From NCBI GenBank assembly GCA_002269645.1, contig NIVC01002389.1:97882-161881 (forward strand): a DNA stretch of 64,000 bases, in the 5' to 3' direction. Source of the stretch: Macrostomum lignano. Taxonomy: Eukaryota. A program made the translations under genes and the position numbers. Shown here piece by piece: positions 13,201-23,581 of this stretch. Within the stretch, counting starts at the first letter, position 1. Every line of letters begins with the position of its first letter. The notes beneath the pieces are model-generated. The model was not told the DNA's origin and made no database searches. It worked only from the letters and a program-made list of their open reading frames with translations.

Positions 13201-15874
13201 CCCAAATCTTCACAAACCTGAATGTTCACATCCCCAAGTCTTCACAAACCTGAATGTTCACATCCCCAAGTCTTCACAAACCTGAATGTTCACATCCCCA
13301 AGTCTTCACAAACCTGAATGTTCACATCCCCAAGTCTTCACAAACCTGAATGTTCACATCCCCAAGTCTTCACAAACCTGAATGTTCACATCCCCAAGTC
13401 TTCACAAACCTGAATGTTAACATCCCCAAGTCTTCACAAACCTGAATGTTAACATCCCCAAGTCTTCACAAACCTGAATGTTCACATCCCCAAGTCTTCA
13501 CAAACCTGAATGTTCACATCACCAAATGTTCACAAATCGGCAACTTTTCGAACCGCAGGTGGGCGACCTGATCACGGAGATCAATGAGCAGCCGCTGGAG
13601 TCGCCAGAAGCTCTTCAACGAATGCTTCGCCAGCTGTCGGGCAACGTGACCTTCACTGTCCTCACTCCAGCCTTTAAAAGTGTGCGATCTGACCACAGCA
13701 CCGTGTACCTTCGAGCCTGCTTCGAGTACCGGCCGGACTTTGACACCCTGCTGCCCACCCGGGATCTGGGACTCCGCTTCGTCTGCGGCGACATCCTGCA
13801 GGTGGTGAACCAAGAGGACCCGAACTACTGGCAGGCGCGGCTGGTTGGCAAGCCCGGCAAGACCAAGCTGATCCCCTCGCAGCAGCTCGAGGAGAAGCGC
13901 AAGGCATTCATCCCCGTGCGCAAGGATGCGCAGGCCCGGCAGGCCAGTGGTGAGCGAGGAATTTGGGAGGGAGTGGCTGAGCACACTGTATCAGTAATTT
14001 AGCTTTGAAGTTGTTATACCCATATATATTAAATTATTTGTCCTATTTTAATCTTGAATAAATTATTCCATTTTTAAGTTGCAAAGACGTAAACTTTACA
14101 TAGATTTAACCTTGATTTTCTGTTATTGCTTTGCTATCTACTATGAGTAGCCCGTTGAAAATGTTACCGTGACAAAAATCGCTAAAAAGTCATTGCAAAC
14201 AACGCACGAGTGACTCTCTAGCGATTCTAGAGCGACTCTTGTAACCGTTTAGCGACTCCAAAAAAAACGATTGTAATACACTGGAAAGGCGAATCGAGTT
14301 GTATAGAGTCGTCAAAGAGTCTTCATGTTAGCGCTGAACTCTCTACTAACTCAAGTAGACTAAATAGAGTTGCTGTAAAAGCAAAATGCGATTCTAATGC
14401 ACAAAGTGACTCCAGCACGCCTAGCTTAGCTAATTTTTTTATTTCCCACTTATATTTATTCATGGCACCTGATTATAGCGCACCTATTATATTATCAGCC
14501 CATCTAATTCGCTTGGCAACGCACTAATACGCACGGCCGCCCCCCCTCTCTCTTCCTCGTCAATCCCCCTGCCCGAATCCAGCGGCCTCCTGCGCCCCAC
14601 TTGCAGCTGGCAAGCAGCCGGGCAAGGGCAGAGTGAAGAAGACCATCTTCAGCGCCGAGACTGCAGCCGAGTTCGACCGGGCGGAGATCTGGACCTACGA
14701 GGAGGTGGTGATGTGCCCGCCGGAGCCGCTCACCTGCCTGGTGCTGGTCGGGCCGCCCGGCATCGGCCGGCGCACGGTGAAGAAGTGGCTGTGCCAGCGC
14801 CTGCCAGACAGGTTCGCCGAGGTCAAGCCGGTCAGCAGCAACTCCAGAAGGCGAGACGGCGCCGCCCATGCCAGCAAGGAGGCCATGCGGAAGGCCATCG
14901 CCGCCGGCGAGTTCCTGGAATACGGCGACTTCCAAGGCGAGCTAATCGGAGTCCGACTGGCCGACATTGAGGCCGTGTCGCGGCCGCGGTTGCAGGAGGA
15001 CGACGGTGAGGAGGAGCGGCTGACGGCGGTGGTGGACTGCCTGTGCCCGTCCATCAAGCTGCTGCGCAGCGGCCGCTTCAAGCCCTACGTGGTGTTCATG
15101 GCCGCGCCAGCCGTGGAGATCCAGCAGGTGCGTGGGCGGTTTTATATTTGAATTCTGAGACTTGTCATCGCGTTCTAAGAATTCGCCTTCTGATAGAATG
15201 GAACTGCTAGCCATTTAAATATTGGGTTTTAAGTTATTCTTGCATTTTTTCTTTCTTAAGTAATCGGGCTTCAAATCCCCCTGTAAAGATTTTATTCGAA
15301 TCCTAAAGTTTATAATCGGCCTTCAAATTCTTAAAATCTGTCTTAGAATTTTTAATCAAGACTTAATCAAGAATCGGCCTTCAAATCTTGTGTCAAGAAT
15401 CGGCTTTCAAATCTTTAGTGAAGAATCGGCCTTTAAGTCCTTAATCAAGAATCGGCCTTTAAAAATTTAGTTAATAATCGGCCTTCAAATATTTAGTCAA
15501 GAATCGGCCTTCAAATCTTCAGTCAAAAATCGGCCTTCAAATCCTGATTCAAACAGCTGTTCTATACTCAGTTAGAATCGGCATTCCCCATGACTGTGAC
15601 TTTTAATGCATCCCCCTTGCAGGTGCTGCAGGACAAGGGCCGATCGCAGGGCGTCCTGAGCCGCACGCGGACCCAAGAGGAGATGCAGCGCGCGGTGAAC
15701 AAGAGCATCCGGATGGAGCGGCTGTACCGTCCCCTGTTCGACCTGGCCGTTCTGTGCGACAACTTGGAGTCGGTCTATCAGAAAATTGTCACCTGTGTTG
15801 AATCTGTGGAGGCCAACGGCAGGTGGCTGCCCGCCAGTTGGGTGAACGACATGGAGGACCAGCCCACTGCTTGA
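10246..15874 (+). CDS. MAGUK p55/MPP-subfamily scaffold protein (L27-like, PDZ, SH3, GK); 6 coding exons, ~738 aa
   Basis: Exons 10246-10719, 11404-11587, 12102-12496, 13559-13949, 14607-15127 and 15623-15874 have GT-AG junctions with matching phases (total 2217 nt). PDZ: KDPSEPLGFTV...VGDLITEINEQ. SH3: YLRACFEY...LRFVCGDILQVVNQEDPNYWQAR. GK: LVLVGPPGIGRR, FLEYGDFQGELIG. Confidence 0.9.
10920..11335. repeat. 30-bp intronic minisatellite (MAGUK intron 1)
   Basis: Tandem GCATCCGGGATCTGGGGATCTAGAGTCATA. Confidence 0.95.
12590..13535. repeat. 32-bp intronic minisatellite (MAGUK intron 3)
   Basis: Tandem CTTCACAAACCTGAATGTTCACATCCCCAAGT, ending about 25 nt before the acceptor at 13558. Confidence 0.95.
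15295..15545. repeat. ~26-bp intronic minisatellite (MAGUK intron 5)
   Basis: Repeated AATCGGCCTTCAAATCTT... units. Confidence 0.85.
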
Positions 15875-16539
15875 ATGTGGCAACCACTGGTTAGTAACCG
15901 TGATGTTTACGTTAGTTACCTTGTTTTTTATCGAACGATTCAGCCGATTCCAATGACGTGTTTCAATATATTCGCTTTGCATCTACTTAGAGTAGGCAGT
16001 ACCGAGTTTCTTTAGCTTTATATTTATCATGTTGTAGCAACACGCTTGGTCTGTTTGATTCCGCGCTTAAAATGATTAATTCGAAATGAATGCGACTGCA
16101 GTCAGCAGAGTTCTGTTGCTCAAATTTTAAATTAATTTGATTTCTTAACTGACGCCGTGTTCTATCAATAATAATGTGTCATTTATCTGACATATGGCCG
16201 CTAATTGATCCACCTTTTATCCTTATCTAATCTTCCAGACTGTTGTTACTGACTTTTAACGTTGTTTTTTACTAATAATTGATTAGGCGTTACAATTATT
16301 TTCGCCGATTTACTTTTTCTGTACTAACTGGTTGAGTAGGCTTCGAGTTTTAGTTCTGTTTTATTTACTTATTAACTCATGCCGCTTTTTATCTTGCTGT
16401 GATGCTAGCGTTTAATCCGTTTAGTTTGTCTTGTTTTATTGACACTGGCTTCTCTTGGTTTCACTATGATATAACTGCCCGCTCATTATCAGGTAAAATC
16501 GGGAGCTTCACGTGCTCCTCAAGGGTGTTAAAAAATTCT

Positions 16540-17082
16540 TTTAATTGGCGCCGCTGTAAGGGTTTAATTGGCGCCGCTGTAAGGGTTTAATTGGCGCCAC
16601 TTTAAGGGTTTAATTGGCGCCACTGTAAGGGTTTAATTGGCGCCGCTGTAAGGGTTTAATTGGCGCCGCTGTAAGGGTTTAATTGGCGCCGATGTAAGGG
16701 TTTAATTGGCGCCGCTGTAAGGGTTTAATTGGCGCCACTTTAAGGGTTTAATTGGCGCCACTTTAAGGGTTTAATTGGCGCCGCTGTAAGGGTTTAATTG
16801 GCGCCACTTTAAGGGTTTAATTGGCGCCACTGTAAGGGTTTAATTGGCGCCACTGTAAGGGTTTAATTGGCGCCACTTTAAGGGTTTAATTGGCGCCACT
16901 TTAAGGGTTTAATTGGCGCCACTGTAAGGGTTTAATTGGCGCCACTGTAAGGGTTTAATTGGCGCCACTGTAAGGGTTTAATTGGCACCGCTGTAAGTGT
17001 CTAATTTCGCGCCGCTGTAAGGGTTTAATTGGCACCGCTGTAAGTGTCTTATTAGCGCCGCTGTAAGGGTTTAATTGGCGCC
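16540..17082. repeat. 23-bp tandem array
   Basis: AATTGGCGCC(G/A)CT(G/T)TAAGGGTTT, about 23 copies. Confidence 0.95.
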
Positions 17083-17429
17083 AAAGTTTCGGATAAGCCA
17101 GAATAAGCTCTCAGGCACATTTGAGGGCCTGAGAGTTCTCTCTGTTATAAGTCCTTTGTTCATATTTGGTCAGCAGGTAGAATTCCACTGTCTCTAATTA
17201 ATTAATTGACCCATTCCGACACATTCCATAAATTTGTACCCTTTTTCATTTTGCCTTAATTGCTGATTTATTATTCTTGTTTGTGTGTGACGTTTTTATT
17301 AAATATAAGTTTTCGTTTGCATGACCCAACACCTGCTTTTGCAGTATTTTTCATTATATTATCATTGCCCTAAATTATATTAACATTAAACTGCCCGCTT
17401 AATATATAATAACTACCTGTAAATACCTG

Positions 17430-17558
17430 AGTAGTATGGGATAACAGAACTCTGCCGCAGGAATTTCCGTGGAAAAGCCATGGGCCCTAGTGAGTGAACA
17501 TACGGGCCCATGTAAATCCATTGAGCGACTCTGCCGCAGGGAAAGCCATGGAAATTCC
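17430..17558 (+). repeat. Left terminal inverted repeat of the Polinton
   Basis: Reverse complement of 33227-33355, with 7 mismatches in 129 bp by manual alignment. Confidence 0.95.
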
Positions 17559-17668
17559 ATGGGGGGCACATCGGGTGGGCATGGGGGCCCGGTGAGATAA
17601 CAAAGCGCATGCTGGTATATGTACTGAAGGAAACTCATTATTGCACCCACCCCACTCCGCCTAGAAAG

Positions 17669-17678
17669 TATATATAAG
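17669..17678 (+). promoter_or_regulatory. Candidate TATA box for the PC4-domain gene
   Basis: TATATATAAG about 80 nt upstream of ATG 17753, just inside the left TIR. Confidence 0.4.
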
Positions 17679-17752
17679 ATGGGCGATTTTTTGAGGTTGG
17701 CTTCATGACGAAAGGAATTTTTGTGCATCCTTCTTAAAGAAACATATCATTA

Positions 17753-18481
17753 ATGGATCTCTGTGACGGCTTCAAAGTTCAAGTGCAAGAGTACGAAGGT
17801 CATCGCTTTATTGCAATCCGACGTTTCTTCTCCTCTGAAAGCGGGCTCAGAGCGGGCATCCCTGGCTTTAACCTCAATGCATACCAATGGGAGAAGTTGA
17901 AGCAGCTGAAACGCCAGCTTGTGCACTCGGCAGTCAATCGGCACAGCGTCACAGTCAAGCTTGGCTTTGATAAACTCGTTGTGGTCAGCAGGGGTATCAT
18001 CTGGCTGAAGCGCCTGCCGGAAGACTGTACAGAGGATTATCTGCGGCGGAACTCAGTGGCGCTGACTCCCCGTCTATGGGGAGAACTCTGGAAGAAGGCC
18101 GAGTGGATCGACAACGAGCTGCGAGAGAAGTCGGCGGAGAGTGAGTATCAGCTGGAGGCCGAGGACATCAAGCATGAGGGCCAAGAAACTCTGCCGGTCA
18201 GCGAAGAAGAAGAAGAAGAAGAGAAGAGGCTGCGCATCGTCGAGTCGGACAATGCAACCAGCTCGCCTGTTCTGCCAGAGACTTCAGTCGGGCGCATACC
18301 CCAGCAAGACAGCGACCTGTCGCACGACCCACTGTGGTACCGGTTCCGTGCTGCTTCAGGGCTCGGCAACAGCGGCTGTCACAAACGAAAGCTTCCGTGG
18401 CCCCTGCGCAGGCAAAATGCAATCAAGTTGCCCAAAGTGATCAATGGTGGAGAGGATGGTGACGCAGACAAAAGTGCTTGA
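17753..18481 (+). CDS. Polinton protein with tandem PC4 (transcriptional coactivator p15/ssDNA-binding) domains and an acidic tail
   Basis: FKVQVQEYEGHRFIAIRRFF...GIPGFNLNAYQWEKLKQL resembles PC4 (VREFKGKVLIDIREYW...GRKGISLNPEQWSQLKE). A second degenerate copy ends NSVALTPRLWGEL. AATAAA cluster downstream at about 18607-18620. Confidence 0.75.
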   Translation: MDLCDGFKVQVQEYEGHRFIAIRRFFSSESGLRAGIPGFNLNAYQWEKLKQLKRQLVHSAVNRHSVTVKLGFDKLVVVSRGIIWLKRLPEDCTEDYLRRNSVALTPRLWGELWKKAEWIDNELREKSAESEYQLEAEDIKHEGQETLPVSEEEEEEEKRLRIVESDNATSSPVLPETSVGRIPQQDSDLSHDPLWYRFRAASGLGNSGCHKRKLPWPLRRQNAIKLPKVINGGEDGDADKSA

Positions 18482-18701
18482 TAACTTTTTAAGTGACTAT
18501 GCGTGGACATTGCTATGCCATCTGTATTGATGTCTAACAGTTCTATTTATCCAGCTTTTTCAGCTTATTCATTAATGTCCTATTAAATGAGCTCGTTTAA
18601 AATTAAAAATAAAATAAAATAAGCATCTCTCTCTATAGTTATGCTAGTTTACTGGTGAACTTAAGAATGCGAAATGAGTTTAATTTTTTCTCTAATTAAA
18701 A

Positions 18702-19769
18702 ATGGAAAAGATTTACTTTAACCCTGAGCAGCCAGCAAGCTTTTCTGGCTGCAATAAATTTATTAATGAAGTTCGCACGCAGGGTATCCGAGTGAGTGAA
18801 AAAGCTGCGAAAAACTGGCTTAACGATCAGACAGTCTACACATTACATAAGCCAGCAAGGAGGAATTATCCGAGGGCCCCAATCATAGTTCGAAGTATTG
18901 ATGACCAATGGGAGTTGGATCTGGTGGAGATGATTCCTTTTTCCAAGTATAATAACGGCTACAGGTATATTCTAACATGCATTGATGTGCTGTCCAAGTA
19001 CGGATGGGCGAGGGCATTAAAGAACAAGTCTTCTATTGAAGTGAAGTCGGCATTCGAGAGCATATTAAGAAGTTCAAAGCGGCAACCGCGCACTGTTCGC
19101 ACTGATCAGGGGAAAGAGTTTATCAACTCTACTTTTCGCCAATGCTGTATGGAAAGGGGAATCCTGGCATTCCCAACCAACAGTGAGCAGAAGGCGGCTG
19201 TCATTGAACGATGGAACCGAACTTTAAAGAGCAAAATGTGGCGCTACTTCACTCACAACAGCACTCTGCATTGGCTTGATGTGTTGCCTAAGCTAGTGAA
19301 GTCCTACAACAAAACATACCACAGAAGCATACGAATGGCCCCAACGAATGTCAGCCAGGAGAACGAGTCCGAGGTCTGGATGAGCCTATATGACGGGAAA
19401 GCGATTGAAACTGTGGAAAAGCTGGGAAAGCCAAAGTTCAGCGAAAACCAGTCTGTGCGGATTTCCAATGCACCCAGGCTTTTTAGAAAAGGGTACAAGG
19501 CCAACTGGAGCGAAGAAGTGTACACGGTGGTGTCCAGAGCTCCAAAGCATTATCCCTACATGTACAAGATAAAAGACATGAAAGGAGAAGAGATTCGTGG
19601 GCTTTTTCACGAGCATGAACTGCAGGCCGTTCCGGAGTCGCAGCGGCTGTATGTGATTGAAAAGATTTTGAAGACTGAGAAGCGGCAGGGAAAGATCCGA
19701 TATCTGGTCAAGTGGGCCGGCTACGACTCCACTGACTGGGTGGATGAGAAGGACTTAAGAAAAGTGTAA
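18702..19769 (+). CDS. Retroviral-like (rve) integrase with C-terminal chromodomain
   Basis: DDE triad WELDLVEM / RTDQGKEF / VIERWNRTLK; chromodomain YVIEKIL...YLVKWAGY...WV; intact 355 aa. Confidence 0.95.
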   Translation: MEKIYFNPEQPASFSGCNKFINEVRTQGIRVSEKAAKNWLNDQTVYTLHKPARRNYPRAPIIVRSIDDQWELDLVEMIPFSKYNNGYRYILTCIDVLSKYGWARALKNKSSIEVKSAFESILRSSKRQPRTVRTDQGKEFINSTFRQCCMERGILAFPTNSEQKAAVIERWNRTLKSKMWRYFTHNSTLHWLDVLPKLVKSYNKTYHRSIRMAPTNVSQENESEVWMSLYDGKAIETVEKLGKPKFSENQSVRISNAPRLFRKGYKANWSEEVYTVVSRAPKHYPYMYKIKDMKGEEIRGLFHEHELQAVPESQRLYVIEKILKTEKRQGKIRYLVKWAGYDSTDWVDEKDLRKV

Positions 19770-19799
19770 GATGCCGACATTGTGCAGCCATTCCCAATT

Positions 19800-20609
19800 A
19801 TGAGAAGCATCATCATTAACAGCGAAAATGCTGAAGGTACTCCTGCTGACTTTCATTTTCACCTGCCTTCACCTATTTACTTGGATCGAAATGTGGACTA
19901 TGAGGCAGGTCTGGCTGAAATCCATCTGCCTGCTGCATGGTTCAATGTTGACGAGCCTTACTGCTTCACTGTCTCAGATGGAAGAGAGCATGAGGCCTTG
20001 GTTCTTCAACCCGGACGCTTTGCTAGAGTGGAGGAGTTGGTGGAGCGCATGAATGAGCTGCTGGCCAACTCTGAGTCACTGTTCTTCGATGCAATGAGTG
20101 AGAGGGAGTCTGAAATGGAGGCTGATGAGTCTGGTTTAATGGGGCGGAGCAGCGCTAGAGATATTGGCATAAAGTTTGAGATCCAAGAATTGAGAACGGT
20201 AGTGCTCAACAACACGGCTCGAGCAGAATTATTCCTTCCATCAAGTAAAATTCTGCAGTGGCTGGGATTCGGAAATCAGTCCGTGAAAATTCCACCTGGG
20301 CGCCAAGTTTCCATGTACCACATTGGCTGCCCGCCCACCAATCTGATCAACGTGCATTGTAGCATTGTGGAGTCAACTAATTGCAACTGGAATTCCCTGC
20401 TGCGAACTGTGAACATGAATCCTGAAGCCGGATGGGGAAGCTACTGGAGCAAAGTGTTTAAGAAAACAGTTTTCTTCCCCATTCAGAAAACAAATTTTCT
20501 ACACAGCATTCGAGTTCAACTGCGAGACATCTTTGGCTTCTCACTGACTGCTCATAGCGGCAGCCCTGTTCTGCTCACAATTCTGATACGTGAGAGACCA
20601 ATGCAATGA
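19800..20609 (+). CDS. Minor capsid protein (penton, single jelly-roll)
   Basis: IIINS...ADFHFHLPSPIYL...YEAGLAEIHLPAAWFNV at the N-terminus and LHSIRVQLRDIFG...VLLTILIR at the C-terminus; lies between integrase and the core/MCP genes. First ATG at 19800. Confidence 0.8.
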   Translation: MRSIIINSENAEGTPADFHFHLPSPIYLDRNVDYEAGLAEIHLPAAWFNVDEPYCFTVSDGREHEALVLQPGRFARVEELVERMNELLANSESLFFDAMSERESEMEADESGLMGRSSARDIGIKFEIQELRTVVLNNTARAELFLPSSKILQWLGFGNQSVKIPPGRQVSMYHIGCPPTNLINVHCSIVESTNCNWNSLLRTVNMNPEAGWGSYWSKVFKKTVFFPIQKTNFLHSIRVQLRDIFGFSLTAHSGSPVLLTILIRERPMQ

Positions 20610-21020
20610 ACTATCAGCAGCTGATTCGGCAGTATTCAGGGACTCGGACGGGAAATGAAAAGTCCATGCTCTATGGCTGCGGGAGTTTTCCTGGAATAAT
20701 GACTTACCAGCCTCCTCCAGCACCTTCCATAACATCATCATCATCATTAGCATCAAAGCCTGTACAAACCAGCAGTAGCAGCAGAAGCAATAGTACGAGT
20801 AATAGAAACATAGGAAATCAAGGACAGGCTAAAAAGGTGAATAAAAAGCAGGTGCGCATGAAGAAGAAGAAAAAAGTGGCGAAGCACGCAAAACAAGCAA
20901 GGTCAGAACAAGCAAGCAACCTAAGAAAAGAACGACTAAAACACAGACCAAGAAAACAGGCAAAGAAAACAAAAAGTGGGCAAAGAAACTGTGAAGCGTG
21001 TTCTGGACTCACTCTCATAG
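20606..21020 (+). CDS. Basic putative core/DNA-condensing protein (adenovirus pVII-like); apparent frameshift near the C-terminus
   Basis: K/R-rich C-terminal half. LYGCG matches the adenain cleavage consensus (M/L/I)xGx/G. As read, the frame runs on into the MCP N-terminus; a +1 frame gives ...VGKETVKRVLDSLS* ending at TAG 21018-21020. Confidence 0.55.
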
Positions 21021-21022
21021 CA

Positions 21023-22305
21023 ATGGCTTACGGATTCAACCCGAGACTCGATTTGTTCAAGTCCCCCGTGCTGCAGACTGCTATTGAAAAATCACGTATG
21101 TTGATATTCACCCCGTGAACTCTATTTCTACTAACTCACCAATTGAATTCGACTGCCATCCATCGGCTGATGAGTACACTGATCTGCTGAGCTCATTCCT
21201 GTATATTCGCTGTCGCCTAGTCCGGCTTGGCGGGGCTTTGATGAGGGAGGAGGTTCGGAATGCCGATGGAGTTGTCACTGAGCGCAGAGACAGTGGGGTG
21301 CACCCAGAAAACTTTGTCCTATCTACGGCATTCTCAGATGTAATCGTGAGCATCAACCAGCGCATTGTCTCTGGCGGAGACCAGCTCTACCCCTACCATG
21401 CCTACCTAAAAGCTCTCATGAGCTCATCCGATGCTCAGCAGTTAAATTTCTACCCCGCCGGATTCCTGGAACCCGAAACTGCTGCTGAGGGGCATGCCGA
21501 GAGACACAGGGAGTCCCGCTGGGTGGAGTATGCGGGACCGCTGCTCAGCGACATCTTCCAGTGTCCTGTTCTGCTGCTGAACAATTTACACCTGCACATC
21601 AAGCTGATGCCCAGTGAAGCTGCATTTGCCATCCGAACCCCAGATGAGAACAACACAGCCTACCGAATTGAAATTTCCCATTGTATTCTGAACCTGCGCC
21701 GAGTCAAAGTGGCGCCTCACATCAGCCTAGCGCATGAGCAGGGACTTACCAATCAGAACGCACTTTACCCCATCGAGCGAACCGAAATGCAAAACTTCAT
21801 TCTACCCCAGGGAATTCAGTCAAAAAACATTGAAGGATTCACCCATGGCAAACTGCCGAAGTTCGTTATGCTGGTCTTCGTGAACCACCGAGCCTTCAAT
21901 GGCCATCACCATTCCAGCCCCTTCGAGTTCCAGAGCTTCAACCTCAGCCAGCTAGCACTAAAGAAAGGTGGTGAAGCCATGTGCCACGCTGCATTTGCAC
22001 CTGAGAATAATTCATTCGTGAGAGAGTACTTGCACTACCTGAAAAGCTGTCAGTCTGCCAGCCCTACCAACTCGGTTCCGTGGGTCCCCTACCAGTTGTT
22101 CTCCAACGGCAACACAGCTTTCGCATTCGATCTCACGCCTGAGGGAGCGGCCCTGTGGTACGGACAGAAGGAGGGAAATTTGCGGCTGGAGATTCGCTTC
22201 CGACAGGCCCTGGAGGAGCCTGTATCTCTGATTGTTATGTGCCTGTATGACTCACTGATTGAGGTCACGAAGCACAGGGAGATTCTGCTAGATTTTCCAT
22301 CCTAG
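21023..22305 (+). CDS. Major capsid protein (hexon/double jelly-roll, Polinton PY-like), ~427 aa; 1-nt frameshift at 21111-21114
   Basis: MAYGFNPRLDLFKSPVLQTAIEKS lies in the upstream frame. PIEFDC, YPYHAYLKALM, RRVKVAPH...ALYPIERTE, AFNG...SPFEF, AFAFDLTP and GNLRLEIRF lie in the 21115 frame. One extra C in the CCCC run restores a single ORF. Confidence 0.9.
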
Positions 22306-22328
22306 GAGTACGCTGGCGCAACGCTAAT

Positions 22329-22847
22329 ATGGATGCTTTTCAACTGCTTAAACTGGCTAAAAGCTTTTTGCCACAAAATAACTATTTAATTATTGTCTTG
22401 AATTCAATAAATAAAACATCTTATGCTTTAAACTTTATTCAGCGAGCAACTCTCAAAAGAAATTTATCTCGATGTAGGTTTATTTTCTTTCTGCTTCAGT
22501 ACGGCTCGTCCTTTGGTCACTGGGTGGTTTGTTATGCCAATAAGGAGAATTCCATAGAACTCTTTAACTCTCTGGGCTGGGACTCAAGCACTTTAGAGAT
22601 CATTCACAGAGCACTGAAATCCTTTTGGTATTCTCCATTCTACTTACGTAGCAATGTGAATCGAATTCAGAGCTGCAACTCTGCTAAATGCGGTTTGTTC
22701 TGTCTCTTGTTTGCCTATCAAAAGTTTCGTTTCAAGCGCTCGTTTGAGTGGGTTCTGCGGCACCTCCATGCAAATCAGCAGAGCCACTTGAATGAAAGAA
22801 TTCTGCAAAGGTTTGAGAGTTGCTTAAGAAAAAATAAATTTAATTAG
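22329..22847 (+). CDS. Adenain-like cysteine (maturation) protease
   Basis: GHWVVC...ELFNSLG...RIQSCNSAKCGLFC (catalytic His and Cys, oxyanion Gln). Confidence 0.88.
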   Translation: MDAFQLLKLAKSFLPQNNYLIIVLNSINKTSYALNFIQRATLKRNLSRCRFIFFLLQYGSSFGHWVVCYANKENSIELFNSLGWDSSTLEIIHRALKSFWYSPFYLRSNVNRIQSCNSAKCGLFCLLFAYQKFRFKRSFEWVLRHLHANQQSHLNERILQRFESCLRKNKFN

Positions 22848-22880
22848 ACTTTTAAAATCAAGGATTTAGCTCAACAGGCG

Positions 22881-23534
22881 ATGGAAACACGTGAGCGGAT
22901 AAACTGTTATGATGTGCGCCTGCGACAAGGAAGCTGCATGATTGTCAGCGGGCCTACAAATGCAGGAAAGACAACCTTCGTGAAACATCTGATACAATAC
23001 AAGGATGTCATGTTTGATGTGAAGCCTGGGAGAGTTCTGTGGTACTACGGAATTTCACAAGCAGCACACTCTGAGCTCAGCAGTCTCGGCGTGCACTTGC
23101 AGCAGGGATTTCCCAGCAGTATCGAGACCGCACTGAGACCCAATGACCTGGTTGTATTTGATGACCTGATTGAAGAAACTTCCAATTCTGCTGCAATGCG
23201 AAATGTTTTCACTGGAATTGCCCATCATTTGCCCTGCTTTCTGGTTATGCTGACCCAAAATGTATTTTTTAAAGGGAAGGAGTTGCGAACAATGAGTCTG
23301 AATGCGATGTACTTTGTGATCATGAAGAACCCCAGAGACCAGCTGCAGATTGCGGCGCTGGGCAGGCAGTGTTTTGCTGAGAAGCCCGGCTTTCTGCTGT
23401 CAGTGTTCAAGCACGTGACATCGCACGGCAGGGGAGCCTACCTGCTCCTGGATTTTCACCCTTCCACCCCTGATGAGCTGCGGGTCCGGGCTCGAATCCT
23501 GCCCAATCAGCGACCCCACCTGGTTTACACTTAA
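22881..23534 (+). CDS. A32/FtsK-HerA family DNA packaging ATPase
   Basis: Walker A GPTNAGKT, Walker B LVVFDDL, AHH and LTQN motifs, SLNAMYFVIMKNPRD. Confidence 0.95.
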   Translation: METRERINCYDVRLRQGSCMIVSGPTNAGKTTFVKHLIQYKDVMFDVKPGRVLWYYGISQAAHSELSSLGVHLQQGFPSSIETALRPNDLVVFDDLIEETSNSAAMRNVFTGIAHHLPCFLVMLTQNVFFKGKELRTMSLNAMYFVIMKNPRDQLQIAALGRQCFAEKPGFLLSVFKHVTSHGRGAYLLLDFHPSTPDELRVRARILPNQRPHLVYT

Positions 23535-23581
23535 GAATAACAGCCGAGATTTTGCCATTTGCTCTATATTCTGCAACACTA

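Noticed and set aside
10221-15982. Antisense and alternate-frame ORFs over MAGUK exons
   Set aside because: Shadow ORFs of GC-rich coding sequence.
21160-23480. CTGATGA motifs as hammerhead ribozyme cores
   Set aside because: Both lie inside conserved coding sequence (MCP, ATPase), and I saw no supporting stems or paired GAAA.
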